Positions 11,698 to 22,899 of a stretch of 64,000 bases of DNA are shown one piece after another. The stretch lies in NCBI GenBank assembly GCA_963695855.1, contig CAVOHZ010000010.1, forward strand, positions 960,001 through 1,024,000, written 5' to 3'. The stretch is from an uncultured Nitrososphaerales archaeon. GTDB taxonomy: Archaea; Thermoproteota; Nitrososphaeria; Nitrososphaerales; Nitrososphaeraceae. Each line of letters starts with the position of its first letter. Position 1 is the stretch's first letter. The position numbers and the translations under genes are program-made. The notes under the pieces are model-generated. The model saw nothing but the letters and a program-made list of their open reading frames with translations, did not search any database and was not told the origin of the DNA.

Positions 11698-12027
11698 CTA
11701 AATATTCAATCCACTATTTCTGGAAGGGCCAAAATGTTTCTCCACTTCCTCTAACCTTTGTATTACACCCTCTTTTTTTCGTAGATCAAAAAAAGAAGAA
11801 TCATCATGAATTTTCTGCAAAAAATCTTGAACTTCTTCACTTGTTACTCCATGTTTAATATCGTGATTTATTTTTCCACAAGTGCGATATATATTATTAA
11901 ATCTTTTATGTTGTCTCTTTTCCCAGTGTGATGGATTAGGAGATAGTCCTGTTACAAACTTTACAATAGTTTTCTCCATATGTTTAATATGCCAGTCTCT
12001 CATTGGAAAATTATTATATACTGTCAT
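11698..12027 (-). CDS. Hypothetical protein
   Basis: 109-aa ATG ORF with globular composition. Confidence 0.65.
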   Translation of the reverse strand: MTVYNNFPMRDWHIKHMEKTIVKFVTGLSPNPSHWEKRQHKRFNNIYRTCGKINHDIKHGVTSEEVQDFLQKIHDDSSFFDLRKKEGVIQRLEEVEKHFGPSRNSGLNI

Positions 12028-12349
12028 AATTTATAAACGCCAATCTTGTATATATATTAATCTATCAAGTGATTCTCGTAAGAACATATTTTCTCAATTT
12101 AATTATTATAAAATTCACGTAATGTATTTGCTTTCATTTGATTCATTCAATTTATAATTCTTACATTTTATATGAGAAATGGTTTGTTATCGATTTACCT
12201 TTTTGCCGATTGAAGTTGGAATTTCTTATTATTACAATAATATAAGAGAAATGATGATTTATCCAATTTATCTTGAAAATCCTGAAGGAAATGGCGATAT
12301 TTAGATGATATCTAACATTATATTATAGATAAGTAGTAATTATGATACA

Positions 12350-13024
12350 ATGAATTTTAATGGATACACTCTCCCAAAAAAATTCTTTTCTTCTGATAAC
12401 GCATTAACATATGACCTCGTAGTTAAATATACGACTTTCGGAAAGGATTCATCGTGGAAAAAACATATTGTGAAAAATGTTAAAGAAGAACATATACGTA
12501 TTCTAGACCTTGCGTGCGGAACAGGGATCTATTCTACATTTATTCCAAGCTCAAATTTAGAGATCTTTGGAGCTGATATGACATATGATTATATTACAAA
12601 GGCAAAAAATAGAATGAGATACTCATTTCTAACAAATTGTGTGGCAGAGTTTTTGCCATTTCAATCTGACACATTTGATATAGTACTATCATCATACTTA
12701 GCTAAGTATGCAAATATTCCTCTTTTGGTGGACGAACTATGGCGCATTATCAAGAAAAATGGATCGATAATTGTTCATGACTTCACATATCCTACTAATT
12801 TCTTTATGCAAGCCATGTGGAAGTTATATTTTGTAATATTAAATGTAATTGGAAAGATATCTAAATCGTGGGAATTAGTTTTTTCTGACCTAGACGATGT
12901 AATCGAAAAAAGTGAATGGGTTAAGGATCTTGTAGAGGAATTAGATAAAAAGGGATTCAAATCTGTTACTTACAAGCATTATACTTGCGGAACGGCTGCA
13001 ATTGTATCGGCTATCAAGTCATGA
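12350..13024 (+). CDS. UbiE/MenG-like class I SAM methyltransferase
   Basis: YDLV..TFG.D..WK, ILDLACGTG, AEFLPFQSDTFD. Confidence 0.82.
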   Translation: MNFNGYTLPKKFFSSDNALTYDLVVKYTTFGKDSSWKKHIVKNVKEEHIRILDLACGTGIYSTFIPSSNLEIFGADMTYDYITKAKNRMRYSFLTNCVAEFLPFQSDTFDIVLSSYLAKYANIPLLVDELWRIIKKNGSIIVHDFTYPTNFFMQAMWKLYFVILNVIGKISKSWELVFSDLDDVIEKSEWVKDLVEELDKKGFKSVTYKHYTCGTAAIVSAIKS

Positions 13025-13725
13025 ACGAGTTTACCAGAATTAACGAATGGTTTGTACCAAATTTTGGTCCAGTAAAATTCAGAGCATTCATTGGATTGTT
13101 GTTTCTCCCGTATACTGGAATGTGTATTTCATTTACCATTATAGGATCTATGCTTTCACCTACGATATACTGGGATAGAGTAGTAGCTATATTTACAATA
13201 TACTTTTTGGCACTAGGAATATCAGCTCATGCGGCAGACAATCTCGGTTCAAAAAAAATTAAACCGTGGGGTAGCTACTTTTCAAAGTTAGAGCTAAAAA
13301 TAATGATTATAGTTGGTCTTTCTATTGCATATATTATTGGAATTTACTATGTAATAACTTCGGTAAATTTGTTATTATTTATTGGAATCATAGAAGGATT
13401 TTTCTTATTTGCTTATAATTTCGAGCTTTTTAGAGGTGTTTTTCATAACAATTTTTGGTTTGCCTTATCTTGGGGAAGTCTACCCTTATTAGCCGGTTAT
13501 ATCATGCAGACAAATACTATTTCTGAGCTGCCTTTAATATTAGCTCTATTTACGTTTTTAGTTTCTTTTCTTGAAATAAGATTTTCCAGAGAATACAAGG
13601 AAATTAAAAGAAAAAATTGTGATAATAAAAAATCAAGGAAATTAGAGTTAAATCTCAAACTTCTCAGTGCCTCCACAATTTCAATTTGCATAATACTAGT
13701 TATTTACAGAATTTTCTTTTTATAA
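13021..13725 (+). CDS. Polytopic membrane protein, distant UbiA prenyltransferase-like
   Basis: ATGA overlap with upstream stop at 13021-13024; ~7 TM segments; LPYT, AHAADNL, AYN, FHN..WFA.SWG motifs. Confidence 0.6.
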   Translation: MNEFTRINEWFVPNFGPVKFRAFIGLLFLPYTGMCISFTIIGSMLSPTIYWDRVVAIFTIYFLALGISAHAADNLGSKKIKPWGSYFSKLELKIMIIVGLSIAYIIGIYYVITSVNLLLFIGIIEGFFLFAYNFELFRGVFHNNFWFALSWGSLPLLAGYIMQTNTISELPLILALFTFLVSFLEIRFSREYKEIKRKNCDNKKSRKLELNLKLLSASTISICIILVIYRIFFL

Positions 13726-13757
13726 GATTTTAAATTTCAGTAAATACTATATAATAT

Positions 13758-14249
13758 ATGAAAAAAATTTTACAGATAGCAAATCCTTATCAAGTTACAT
13801 TGAATGATATTTCTAAACTCGAACAAGCAAGTAACACTAAATTTAATATTTATGAAAAAGTCTTGTTAGTGAATAATGGTACTACGGAACAAGTGCTTCA
13901 GGTTTTATTAAATACTTCCACCAAGATTAAAGTAATTAGACAAAATGAATCGAATTTTATTATGAGGCGTGAATCTAATATTATATCTAACGATAAAATA
14001 AAAAAAGTATTAGCAACAGCTATTTCGAAAATTTATGTGAAAAGAATTCCATTAGAAATAATAAATGAAATAAGATTGGGTAGAATTGGAATTGGTATGA
14101 TAATGATGAAATATCAATTAGAAATATTTAAGAAAATATTAAAAATAGGATATAATTCTAGTAAACAAAATATTTTTAGGGAATATAAATTGTTTCATAA
14201 TTATCTTAATATATGCGACATAAATGAAACATTCCTAATGAGATTTTAA
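13758..14249 (+). CDS. Chorismate pyruvate-lyase-like (UbiC/DUF98) protein
   Basis: LL..NGTTEQVL, VIRQ, RES, A.S.I, GIG, REY, INETF pattern. Confidence 0.6.
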   Translation: MKKILQIANPYQVTLNDISKLEQASNTKFNIYEKVLLVNNGTTEQVLQVLLNTSTKIKVIRQNESNFIMRRESNIISNDKIKKVLATAISKIYVKRIPLEIINEIRLGRIGIGMIMMKYQLEIFKKILKIGYNSSKQNIFREYKLFHNYLNICDINETFLMRF

Positions 14250-14616
14250 TTTATAATATCGTTAAATTGTAGAGTGTATTGTATATTTTAGTATAATATA
14301 GTTTCTACTCTTTATTCCAAAGATTATTACCTTAATTATTTAACATTTTCTTCTCAATCAAACTCTTGCTGAAGATTAGTTAAAATATTATATTACTTTT
14401 ATAGTAAATATTTTATAATAAATATCGATCGTTCTTATGATGAATTTACTTAGTTACAATTATTATTTTTTCTTTACAGAAGGCAAAAAGTATTAACAGC
14501 CAAAATATCTATTTCTGATTATCGAATAATTGTTATATTTCATCATAATGTAGAAACGATCAGGATTCTGTTATGCTGCAACACTCTTTAATTTTTGATA
14601 AATGACCTTGTGACTA

Positions 14617-14787
14617 TTACGGAAGCTCCTTGTCCGCACATATATCACAATATCTTTCTATGAGAATAGCCCCATCGCCTACATTGAAAAAGGCTTCTTG
14701 AGTAGCTAAGTTACCACAGGTTACACAAAATTTTGCCTTTTTACTCGTTTCGATAGATGGTCTTATCAATGAAAAGGTTTTTTCCAT
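14617..14787 (-). CDS. 56-aa Zn-finger microprotein (not in ORF track)
   Basis: Manual translation MEKTFSLIRPSIETSKKAKFCVTCGNLATQEAFFNVGDGAILIERYCDICADKELP; two CxxC; AGGAGGGG upstream. Confidence 0.7.
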   Translation of the reverse strand: MEKTFSLIRPSIETSKKAKFCVTCGNLATQEAFFNVGDGAILIERYCDICADKELP

Positions 14788-15394
14788 TTTATTATTCCCC
14801 TCCTATGCATCTTCTATTAGATGAGATGACCAGAGGAGATATGATTAGAGCAATTTCATCAATCAATTTCGTACTTTCGTTCATTGATCTATGTGGTTGA
14901 TATGTCTATATGAACTTGTCTAATACAAGGTCAGTTATAGATACATTAGGATCTAGTATTCAGTTATATTGAATAAAAATTTTTTATAAACTTATGCAAA
15001 TTGGTTAATACAAATCTGTGAAATGCATATAATTTATACAAGAAATCTCTTTGAAAAGAAGATAGCACTTTTAATGGGAAAGTCTTAATTATTCCGAAAA
15101 TATTTTTTGTATGTACTAGGTAAGAATATTCACATATAATAAAATATTTCCGGCATTTTCTATATGTTTATCGTATTTTAGAATTATCGTATTTTAGAAT
15201 GAGTAATTTAGTTAAAATAGAATGCTTTACTCAAGATCAAGAAAAGTTGGTAATACTATTGTTAACGCAATATTACCCTAATATGCATATTTGTGGATGT
15301 AATCTTCTAATGGTTGTAATTGTGATTTGCGCAGGTTATAAAATATTTTTTCAAAACTCGTTAAATATGTTACTAATCATATAAATTGAAAGAA

Positions 15395-16297
15395 TCACAT
15401 TTTCACGCACTTTATTATAACATATTCAATAATTTTATCCTTTGATAGTGTATCCATCTTTAATATTGATCTGTATAGAATGTATTCTAGAACAGGATGG
15501 TATTCGCAACAAATTTTATCCTTTAATTTTTTTCTGTTTTTAATATAGAATTCAGCCAATGGAGAATAGACGTGTGGACCTATTTTAACTATATCAATTA
15601 CTTTAAACTTTTCATTTGTTATAGTCGAGGAAACATAATCTAATAAATAATGCTCAGATGCCCAACTAAAAGATAAAATACCAAGTTTTAATAAATTCTT
15701 AACCGGATTGAATAATTTCGTGATAACTGGTAGAGCTATAACCATTATTCCTTTCGGTTTTAAGATGTATCTTGTTTGTGTGATAAAATTAGTTAACGGT
15801 TTGAAATGTTGTGCTGCCTCTAAACAAATTATTCGATCAACTGATTCCTTGTTGAATGGTAAACTAATAGAAGAACTATTAATTAGACAAATATCATTTG
15901 AATATCTTTTTGACGTTTTTGAATTAAAAAAATTATCTTTTATTTTATTAGCTATTACGTGTTGATTATAATTGATATTTATACAACAGAGCCCTAAAGA
16001 ATTATATCTATTTTTCCACCATATGGCAGGGGATGATAAACCACTTCCCACATCTACAAGATTTCTTGCTGTATCAAGTTCTGCCATTTCTCCAGTTATT
16101 TTACACAGGTTCATTTGAGCTTCGTTAGGCTTTCGAATTTCATCAGACCAATATCCAAAATTTAACATGGTACTTCCTGTGGTAATGTACATTAGTGGAG
16201 AAAGAACATCATACAAATTAATTACATCTCTTTGATCTCGTCTAATTGACCATAGCAGAGCATTAATTGGATTAATAAAAATCATAATTACATTCAT
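15395..16297 (-). CDS. SAM-dependent methyltransferase (sterol/tocopherol/RebM-like)
   Basis: MLNFGYW, LVDVGSG, LEAAQHF, LKPKG motifs. Confidence 0.8.
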   Translation of the reverse strand: MNVIMIFINPINALLWSIRRDQRDVINLYDVLSPLMYITTGSTMLNFGYWSDEIRKPNEAQMNLCKITGEMAELDTARNLVDVGSGLSSPAIWWKNRYNSLGLCCININYNQHVIANKIKDNFFNSKTSKRYSNDICLINSSSISLPFNKESVDRIICLEAAQHFKPLTNFITQTRYILKPKGIMVIALPVITKLFNPVKNLLKLGILSFSWASEHYLLDYVSSTITNEKFKVIDIVKIGPHVYSPLAEFYIKNRKKLKDKICCEYHPVLEYILYRSILKMDTLSKDKIIEYVIIKCVKM

Positions 16298-16591
16298 TTT
16301 AGAGATTTATAAAATTAATAATCGTTTGTATATCGGTTCGTATAAAGTTTATTTTTTATTACTTCTTTTCTTGAGCAATCATAATGTGATTAGGCTCTGA
16401 CAGTTCTGAGTTATAAAATATTCCATCCATCCTGAATGAAATGACTAGTATTTCTCTTTCAAATCATTAAAATATATTTCATCAATTACTTTTTTGTTCC
16501 GTTATAACTGAAAACGGATAAATACACATGAAATGAAACTAATTAGAAAATTAGAAAGCCAGATATTGTTTCATATCCCTAGTATATTGTC

Positions 16592-17467
16592 GTGCACTTT
16601 CATTTTTCTAATGGATCTCAAATAAAGAATTTAAAATTAGTTCTCATATTAACCAGCTCTTTTATTTCTGTTGAGATTTTTGCCGGATTCTTATTAAATA
16701 GTCTAGTTTTGATAGCCGATGCAGGGCATATGTTTATTGATATATGTGGTTTGTTTCTAGCTTGGTTTGCCATCAAGTTTTCACAAAAACCTCCTACACC
16801 GCAGAAAACCTATGGATTCTATAGATTTGAAATACTAGCTGCCCTAATAAACGGAATAATAGTATCTCTTTTAACATCATATATTATTTACGAGGCTTAT
16901 CGTAACTTTTTTTATTTTGAAAAGACATTAGATTCAATATCTATAATTTCTATTGGAATATTTGGTTTGATAATAAATCTTATTGGAATATTGTTATTAC
17001 AAAAAGACGCCAGAACTAACCTGAATATAGAGGGAGCCTATCTTGAAGTTATTAAGGATGCGATAGGTTCGGTCGGTATAATAATAACTGGAATTATAAT
17101 CTTTTTTACAAATTTTTCTTTAATAGACCCGATTGTCAGTGTTATTTTGGTATTATTTATAATTCCTCGTATATGGTCACTTGTTAAGAAGTCGATTCAT
17201 ATATTGATGGAAGGTGTTCCTCCAAATATATCATATGAAAAGGTTAAAAAATCTATCTTGGAAATAAAGGGAGTGACAGGCGTTTTTGATCTTCATATTT
17301 GGACAATATCTTCAAATCTGGATGCCTTAACGGCTCATGTGGTTATAAGTGATAAGAATAAATCAGATTTAATATTAAGAGAAATAATGTCATTATTAGA
17401 CAAGAAATTCAATATCTCTCATAGCACTATTCAAATAGAAACGTACCACGAGGCGGATTCAAATTAA
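16592..17467 (+). CDS. czcD: Cation diffusion facilitator (CzcD-like Zn/Co/Cd exporter)
   Basis: ADAGHM..D, TYGFYRFEILAA, DLHIW, HSTIQIE. Confidence 0.88.
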   Translation: MHFHFSNGSQIKNLKLVLILTSSFISVEIFAGFLLNSLVLIADAGHMFIDICGLFLAWFAIKFSQKPPTPQKTYGFYRFEILAALINGIIVSLLTSYIIYEAYRNFFYFEKTLDSISIISIGIFGLIINLIGILLLQKDARTNLNIEGAYLEVIKDAIGSVGIIITGIIIFFTNFSLIDPIVSVILVLFIIPRIWSLVKKSIHILMEGVPPNISYEKVKKSILEIKGVTGVFDLHIWTISSNLDALTAHVVISDKNKSDLILREIMSLLDKKFNISHSTIQIETYHEADSN

Positions 17468-17556
17468 AAAAGTTGGTTCTTTTTTTGTTGTTTTAATCTT
17501 TTTCCTATAAATTATTTGTTGCTTTCTTCCTGAATTTTGTATTGCCTTTTCTGATA

Positions 17557-18957
17557 TTATTCTACATGGTGATTACGTATCAATTGATCATAGAATCTCA
17601 CAGATTTTATATTTACAAATTCAAATAACCCGTATTTTGATAATTCCCTACCAAACCCACTATTCTTTATACCTCCAAATGGGACCCGTGGATCTGATAC
17701 TACTACGCTGTTGACAGTCACAATTCCGGATTGAACCAGTCTAGATAGTCGTTCGGCCTTATCTAGATCTTGTGTCCATATACTGCCTCCAAGTCCAAAT
17801 TCTGATTCGTTGGCAAATTTAATCGCCTCCATTTCGTTTTCTACGATTGTTATTGGTGCTACTGGACCAAACGTCTCTTCTTTTGCAACGGGCATTTTTG
17901 GAGTGACATTCTTCAGTATTGTCGGTTCATAGAAATAGCCCTTTCTAGACAACCTTTCTCCTCCCAATAAAAGGTCTGCTCCATCCTTTATAGAACTATG
18001 AATCACTTCATGTATAAACTCGAGACTCTGGAGATTGATCATTGGTCCTATGTCTGTATTTTCATCAAGTGGATCCCCAACACGGAGTTTTTCTGTATTT
18101 TGAGTAAATTTTTCAATAAATTCATTTGCTACTTTTTTTACTACGAAGAATCTTTTACTTGCAATACAACTTTGACCACAATTTATAAAACGGCCCTTCA
18201 CAGCTCCTGCCGATGCCTTGTCAATATCAGCATCGTCACATATTATAAACGGGTCGCTGCCTCCAAGCTCTAATACTGTTTTCTTTAGATGAGATGTCGC
18301 TCGCTGTGCTACTTTTGAACCAACTGGAACACTACCTGTAAATGTAACTGCGTTAACATCACTAGAATCTATCAGATATTCAGCGATATTTGAATTTCCA
18401 ACTACTGTTTGAAATACTCCTTCCGGCAATCCAACTTTGTTAAATATTTTCTCAATTTCTAAGCCACATTGGACAGTGGCGCTTGCAGGTTTAAGAACTA
18501 TGGTATTTCCTGCTATTAACGAAGGAGCAGCAAATCTCAAAGCTTGCCAATAAGGAAAATTCCATGGCATTATACTTGCGATAACGCCTAATGGCTCAAA
18601 AGTTATAAAACTCTTTCTTGCATCAGTATTAACAATCTCGTCAGTCATAAACACTTGGCCGTTATCAGCATAATATTCCATGGTCCAAGCACATTTTTCT
18701 ATTTCCGTTCTTGCTTCTTTTATCGGTTTTCCCATTTCCATGGTCGCAATCTTAGCTAGATTCTCCTTATTCTTTCTAAATTCAGTAGCAAAAGAATGTA
18801 GATAATATTCTCTTTTTTTAAAATTATCCTTCCAAGTATTAAACGCATTCTTAGCTTTAATTATACTTTTATTAATATTATCATATGACATATTCTCATA
18901 TTCATTAAGAATTTCTTCTGTAGTTGGATTAGTTGTTTTGAACTTTAATGATAGCAT
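17557..18957 (-). CDS. NAD(P)-dependent succinate-semialdehyde dehydrogenase-like ALDH
   Basis: MPWNFP, FTGS, LELGGSD, GQSC catalytic Cys, EETFGP. Confidence 0.9.
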   Translation of the reverse strand: MLSLKFKTTNPTTEEILNEYENMSYDNINKSIIKAKNAFNTWKDNFKKREYYLHSFATEFRKNKENLAKIATMEMGKPIKEARTEIEKCAWTMEYYADNGQVFMTDEIVNTDARKSFITFEPLGVIASIMPWNFPYWQALRFAAPSLIAGNTIVLKPASATVQCGLEIEKIFNKVGLPEGVFQTVVGNSNIAEYLIDSSDVNAVTFTGSVPVGSKVAQRATSHLKKTVLELGGSDPFIICDDADIDKASAGAVKGRFINCGQSCIASKRFFVVKKVANEFIEKFTQNTEKLRVGDPLDENTDIGPMINLQSLEFIHEVIHSSIKDGADLLLGGERLSRKGYFYEPTILKNVTPKMPVAKEETFGPVAPITIVENEMEAIKFANESEFGLGGSIWTQDLDKAERLSRLVQSGIVTVNSVVVSDPRVPFGGIKNSGFGRELSKYGLFEFVNIKSVRFYDQLIRNHHVE

Positions 18958-19523
18958 CTATTCAAATTGTCAAAATTTACTTATATAAATTGTTATGAGC
19001 AAATAAAGATATAATATAGTTTGATTTATATTAATTATTTATTTTTTAGTTTTCTGTCAAGTTCTGTAAACAACCTGTTGTCAGTTTCCTGCATGTATAC
19101 GCAACTTAACATTTTTCATTTTTATCAGTAAATTTCAATATTAATAAAAATCCACCATTTTCCCTTTTACTATTGTACCACCAGTATTTTAACTTAATAC
19201 CAATTATCGAGTAATAAAGAACAGTTGAATTAGATTTTAGAAACTTTCCGGTTCGAATTATTTTAATTCGTCTTTCAAATATTCAATTTTTGTGTCATTT
19301 TTCAACTATTTCATATAGTACATACAAAACCTGCTAATAACTATATTTGATTATATTTATTAACGATAGGTAATATATTATTCTATTATATTGTTACAGT
19401 ATAATTCCATACCAATTAATCTACTCTTAATTATCCTGTTGATTTGATAAATTGTCCTTGAATAAGTTTGTAAAATGATCTTAAGAAGACATAAAAAGAA
19501 TCGAATTAATTTTATAATGAATC

Positions 19524-20051
19524 TCATTTTCTTATTCTTTGACAATTTTCTTTTTGACCAATAAAGTTCATTATTTTTTCAAGATTTTTTTCTAAAGATT
19601 TAGATGTATCTATAGTCAAATGCTTTTCTGACATTTTTTCATAAAATTTTTTCATCTTTAGATATACAGAAATATCTGCATCTGAATAATCCTTTTTTCT
19701 AGATTGCAGTCTTGAAATTATAATATCTTCTGGGCAGCTACATTCAATAATATATATATCATTTCTTTCCGAATCTAGTTTTTCGATAGCTTCATCCCTA
19801 GATCTTTTCCGGTTGAATGTTCCATCCAAAATACAATTAGTTCCTGCAGAATGTAAGTATTTGGATATTAGAAAAAGTACATCATAAACCAAAGCCCGTT
19901 CCCATAAACTATATTTGGGTTTTTGAATTATTTCCTTTCTTATTTTATCAGTTGATAGTAATACTGCGTTGATCTTTTCTGATAGTTTCCTAGCTAGAAA
20001 TGTTTTTCCTGTTCCTGGTAATCCACAGATTATTATTATCAAATAGATCAA
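19524..20051 (-). CDS. P-loop kinase (AAA_33-like)
   Basis: GLPGTGKT, STDKIRK, ILDGTF, SDAD. Confidence 0.8.
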   Translation of the reverse strand: MIYLIIIICGLPGTGKTFLARKLSEKINAVLLSTDKIRKEIIQKPKYSLWERALVYDVLFLISKYLHSAGTNCILDGTFNRKRSRDEAIEKLDSERNDIYIIECSCPEDIIISRLQSRKKDYSDADISVYLKMKKFYEKMSEKHLTIDTSKSLEKNLEKIMNFIGQKENCQRIRK

Positions 20052-20080
20052 AAAAATAACATGTTCCTTAAAAAAGGAAA

Positions 20081-20368
20081 TTAACGTTTACGCGCTATGA
20101 TAGTGTGAGTTTTCTCTACATACCATCTGATTTCATCTTTAAAAGTTGACCACCATTCCAAAAACTGATCACTTGTATTTGATTGGAACATTAGAAATCC
20201 ATTGTATTCTGTTCCCCAAGCGTGATCATACTCTCCAATAAGTGCTATATCCTTAGGTAAGCTACTCTTTATTTCGTCCCATTTGTGTTTTGCTATGCTT
20301 TTTTCTTCAGAATCTAATGGTCTGAATCTATAAAATACCATAAATGTAGTTTCATTTCCCATGTGCAT
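20081..20368 (-). CDS. Small hypothetical protein (possible dimeric alpha/beta barrel)
   Basis: 95-aa ORF, HAWGTEYNGF, co-oriented with kinase. Confidence 0.65.
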   Translation of the reverse strand: MHMGNETTFMVFYRFRPLDSEEKSIAKHKWDEIKSSLPKDIALIGEYDHAWGTEYNGFLMFQSNTSDQFLEWWSTFKDEIRWYVEKTHTIIARKR

Positions 20369-20671
20369 ATTGATTAGGCTGGTGATAAATAAATGGATCA
20401 GTATAGCTTAGATTTCACACTATTTTTTCACATATGTTAAGGAACTGCAAGTGATATGACCTACTTTTTAACCATCTTGAAGACATAATAAAGATAAATT
20501 ATCAATTTTTCAATTTGTAATTCATTATTTCGATGATTTAATGTTTGTAAAATATAAATGAATTATTAAATGAATTATTAATTTTATACTTTATCTATGA
20601 AAGAATATTTTGTCATGTTATAATGTGCTTACCATTTCATTTAAATATCTTTTTAGGTATAAAATAGCATA

Positions 20672-21253
20672 ATGTCTTCAAATAGTGGATTTAATGAAAG
20701 TCCAAACCACTTTATGGTTTTGGACGCTATATCGAGAGGAATGAAAAAAATAGACTCTATCTCTAAGGTTACTAAACTTTCTAAAGCTGAAGTGGAGTTA
20801 ATTGTTAATGATCTGATTAGCCAGAGATTGATAGTAAAAAGCGTAAAAAAGGGTTTCTTTGGTAATAAAAAGGTGGAACTTGATGTCGCCAAAACTGGAA
20901 TAGAAATTCTTCACACAAAAAAACAAGAATTGTATGAAAAATCAGAACGTCTTCAACAGTTATACCAAACTGGCGACAAAACTCAAATGCAAAGCTTTAT
21001 GGATTCTAATAGAATGTGGATACCGATGATGTTATTTTCAGGAATTATGAATATGATGTTTTTTGCTTCTATGATGTCTTTTATGGGAATGACAATGAAT
21101 CCAACCGAAAGTTCAATGACAGATGGACAGATAGACCAATCAGGGGCTGAAGGAGCAGCGACAGATACTGGTGATACTGGTGCGAGTGATATGGATACAA
21201 GTGCTGGCGGAGATTTTGGTGGCTTCGATGGTGGAGGTTTTGGCGATTTTTGA
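20672..21253 (+). CDS. wHTH protein with Met-rich segment and acidic Gly-rich tail
   Basis: N-terminal HTH-like region; WIPMMLFSGIMNMMFFASMMSFMGM; GGDFGGFDGGGFGDF end. Confidence 0.75.
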   Translation: MSSNSGFNESPNHFMVLDAISRGMKKIDSISKVTKLSKAEVELIVNDLISQRLIVKSVKKGFFGNKKVELDVAKTGIEILHTKKQELYEKSERLQQLYQTGDKTQMQSFMDSNRMWIPMMLFSGIMNMMFFASMMSFMGMTMNPTESSMTDGQIDQSGAEGAATDTGDTGASDMDTSAGGDFGGFDGGGFGDF

Positions 21254-21491
21254 TTTTTTTTCCTGAAAAGAATTCATTGGGATTCAAATGAAACTTATTT
21301 TTATTTTAGAAACACAATATAGCTGAAGTAGACATTTTACAAAAAAATTAGGTTTATCATTATTATTTATTATAAAATATTAAATTTGAACGATTAGAAA
21401 TAGAATAAATATACTATAATTTGAAATGAGGTGGTGCTCATATTATATATGGAAGAGTATTTTCAAATTTGCCAATCATTTGTATGACTCC

Positions 21492-21740
21492 TCATAAGTC
21501 CTCTGACGTAACTAAAGTCAAAGTTGAGATTGATCCATCTATATTTTTAATATCATTTTGAAATTTTTCTCTCAAATCATCCATTGTTTTAACCATTATT
21601 TCCAAGATTAGATCATAAGCGCCGTTAATAACATCAACATTTATCACATTGTCTATTTTTTTAAGACTGTTGGCAATCCTATACTTATTAGCGGGTTCAC
21701 AGATAATCAAGATATACGCCTTTATCATACTAATATACAA
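21492..21740 (-). CDS. Lrp/AsnC ligand-binding (RAM) domain protein
   Basis: KAYILI..E, GAYDLI, STLTLV. Confidence 0.85.
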   Translation of the reverse strand: MYISMIKAYILIICEPANKYRIANSLKKIDNVINVDVINGAYDLILEIMVKTMDDLREKFQNDIKNIDGSISTLTLVTSEDL

Positions 21741-22557
21741 TTATTCCATCTATAAAAAAATACTAGTTTTTTTAACATAATAACTGATAGAAAAAGTGAA
21801 TAATGTTTAATAAGATAAATTATATGCCGTTTGTAGCGGATATAAACAATTTCAAAATGGATTTGGATATATTTTTTGGTATTTAGACCAATTTGAGATA
21901 AACATCACAGGAATGGCATACTAAAACTATTATCTGATTATTCATTAATTCTGAACAACTGCAAGTTGTCTATGATTGTATGTGTTGTAATATATTTTAA
22001 AATAAATACATGAAAAATTTTTATATCGATTATAGAGATTCAAGAATCGAAACGGATATTATTTGCGGGCCTGTAAAAATTTAACTTTTGATGTAAGGCA
22101 AAGATGTGTTTTCCATACTAGATATACACAATTTCATGGATATCCTGTACCTAAAACTATCTTGGAAATTTAGGATTTAATCATTTCATGAAAATGACAA
22201 AATTCAAAGATGGTACGATATCAAAATAGTTAGCAAGAATTGAAGAATTTTGATGAACTTAAATCCGTTGTCTAGCTTAAACGATTAAAATGGATATTAC
22301 AACTAACCATTTACTAACCTTGAGTATATTCATATGCTGATATTGTGTTTGGATGTTCGCAATAGTCAAACAATTTTATTCCGGCAATCATTTTTAAGTC
22401 TGATTTCACAGATACTTCGTTTGTAGCGTGTGTGATAAGCATATTTCTTATACCTTACTCTATATTTTGGATGATTAAAATATCTGGTAAATATAGTGTG
22501 TCTACGATATCAAAGTAAACATATTAAAATATGAATTTATTATACAAATCTTATAGC

Positions 22558-22899
22558 ATGATCACTCAGTGTCCTGACTGTTCTAAAACCGGAAATAAGG
22601 ATAACTTTTGTGATAATTGTACTAAATTGGCAGATTACTTTGATGTTTATAAATATACCGAAAATAGTAATAATACTGAATTTCTTGGAAGAATCAAAGC
22701 TTATAGATGGAAGGATGCATTAAAATTTATAAAAAATTCCTTCTTTAAGAATGAACCCGAGATTGTGACAAACTGTGAAAAAGATTTTGCTTTTGTGGAA
22801 AAAAGATACGTTGAAGATAATATGTTAATTGGCTACAAACTTTATTTAAATAATATTTCATCTCAAGAAAACATCTCGCTCTGGAATTTGACTTTATAA
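22558..22899 (+). CDS. Hypothetical protein with N-terminal Zn ribbon
   Basis: CPDC...CDNC; second ATG (22558) chosen as likely start. Confidence 0.55.
   Translation: MITQCPDCSKTGNKDNFCDNCTKLADYFDVYKYTENSNNTEFLGRIKAYRWKDALKFIKNSFFKNEPEIVTNCEKDFAFVEKRYVEDNMLIGYKLYLNNISSQENISLWNLTL

Noticed and set aside
15168-15199. 16-bp tandem duplicate (similar short ones near 20557 and 40828)
   Set aside because: Two-copy micro-duplications are common in AT-rich DNA; no supporting context.
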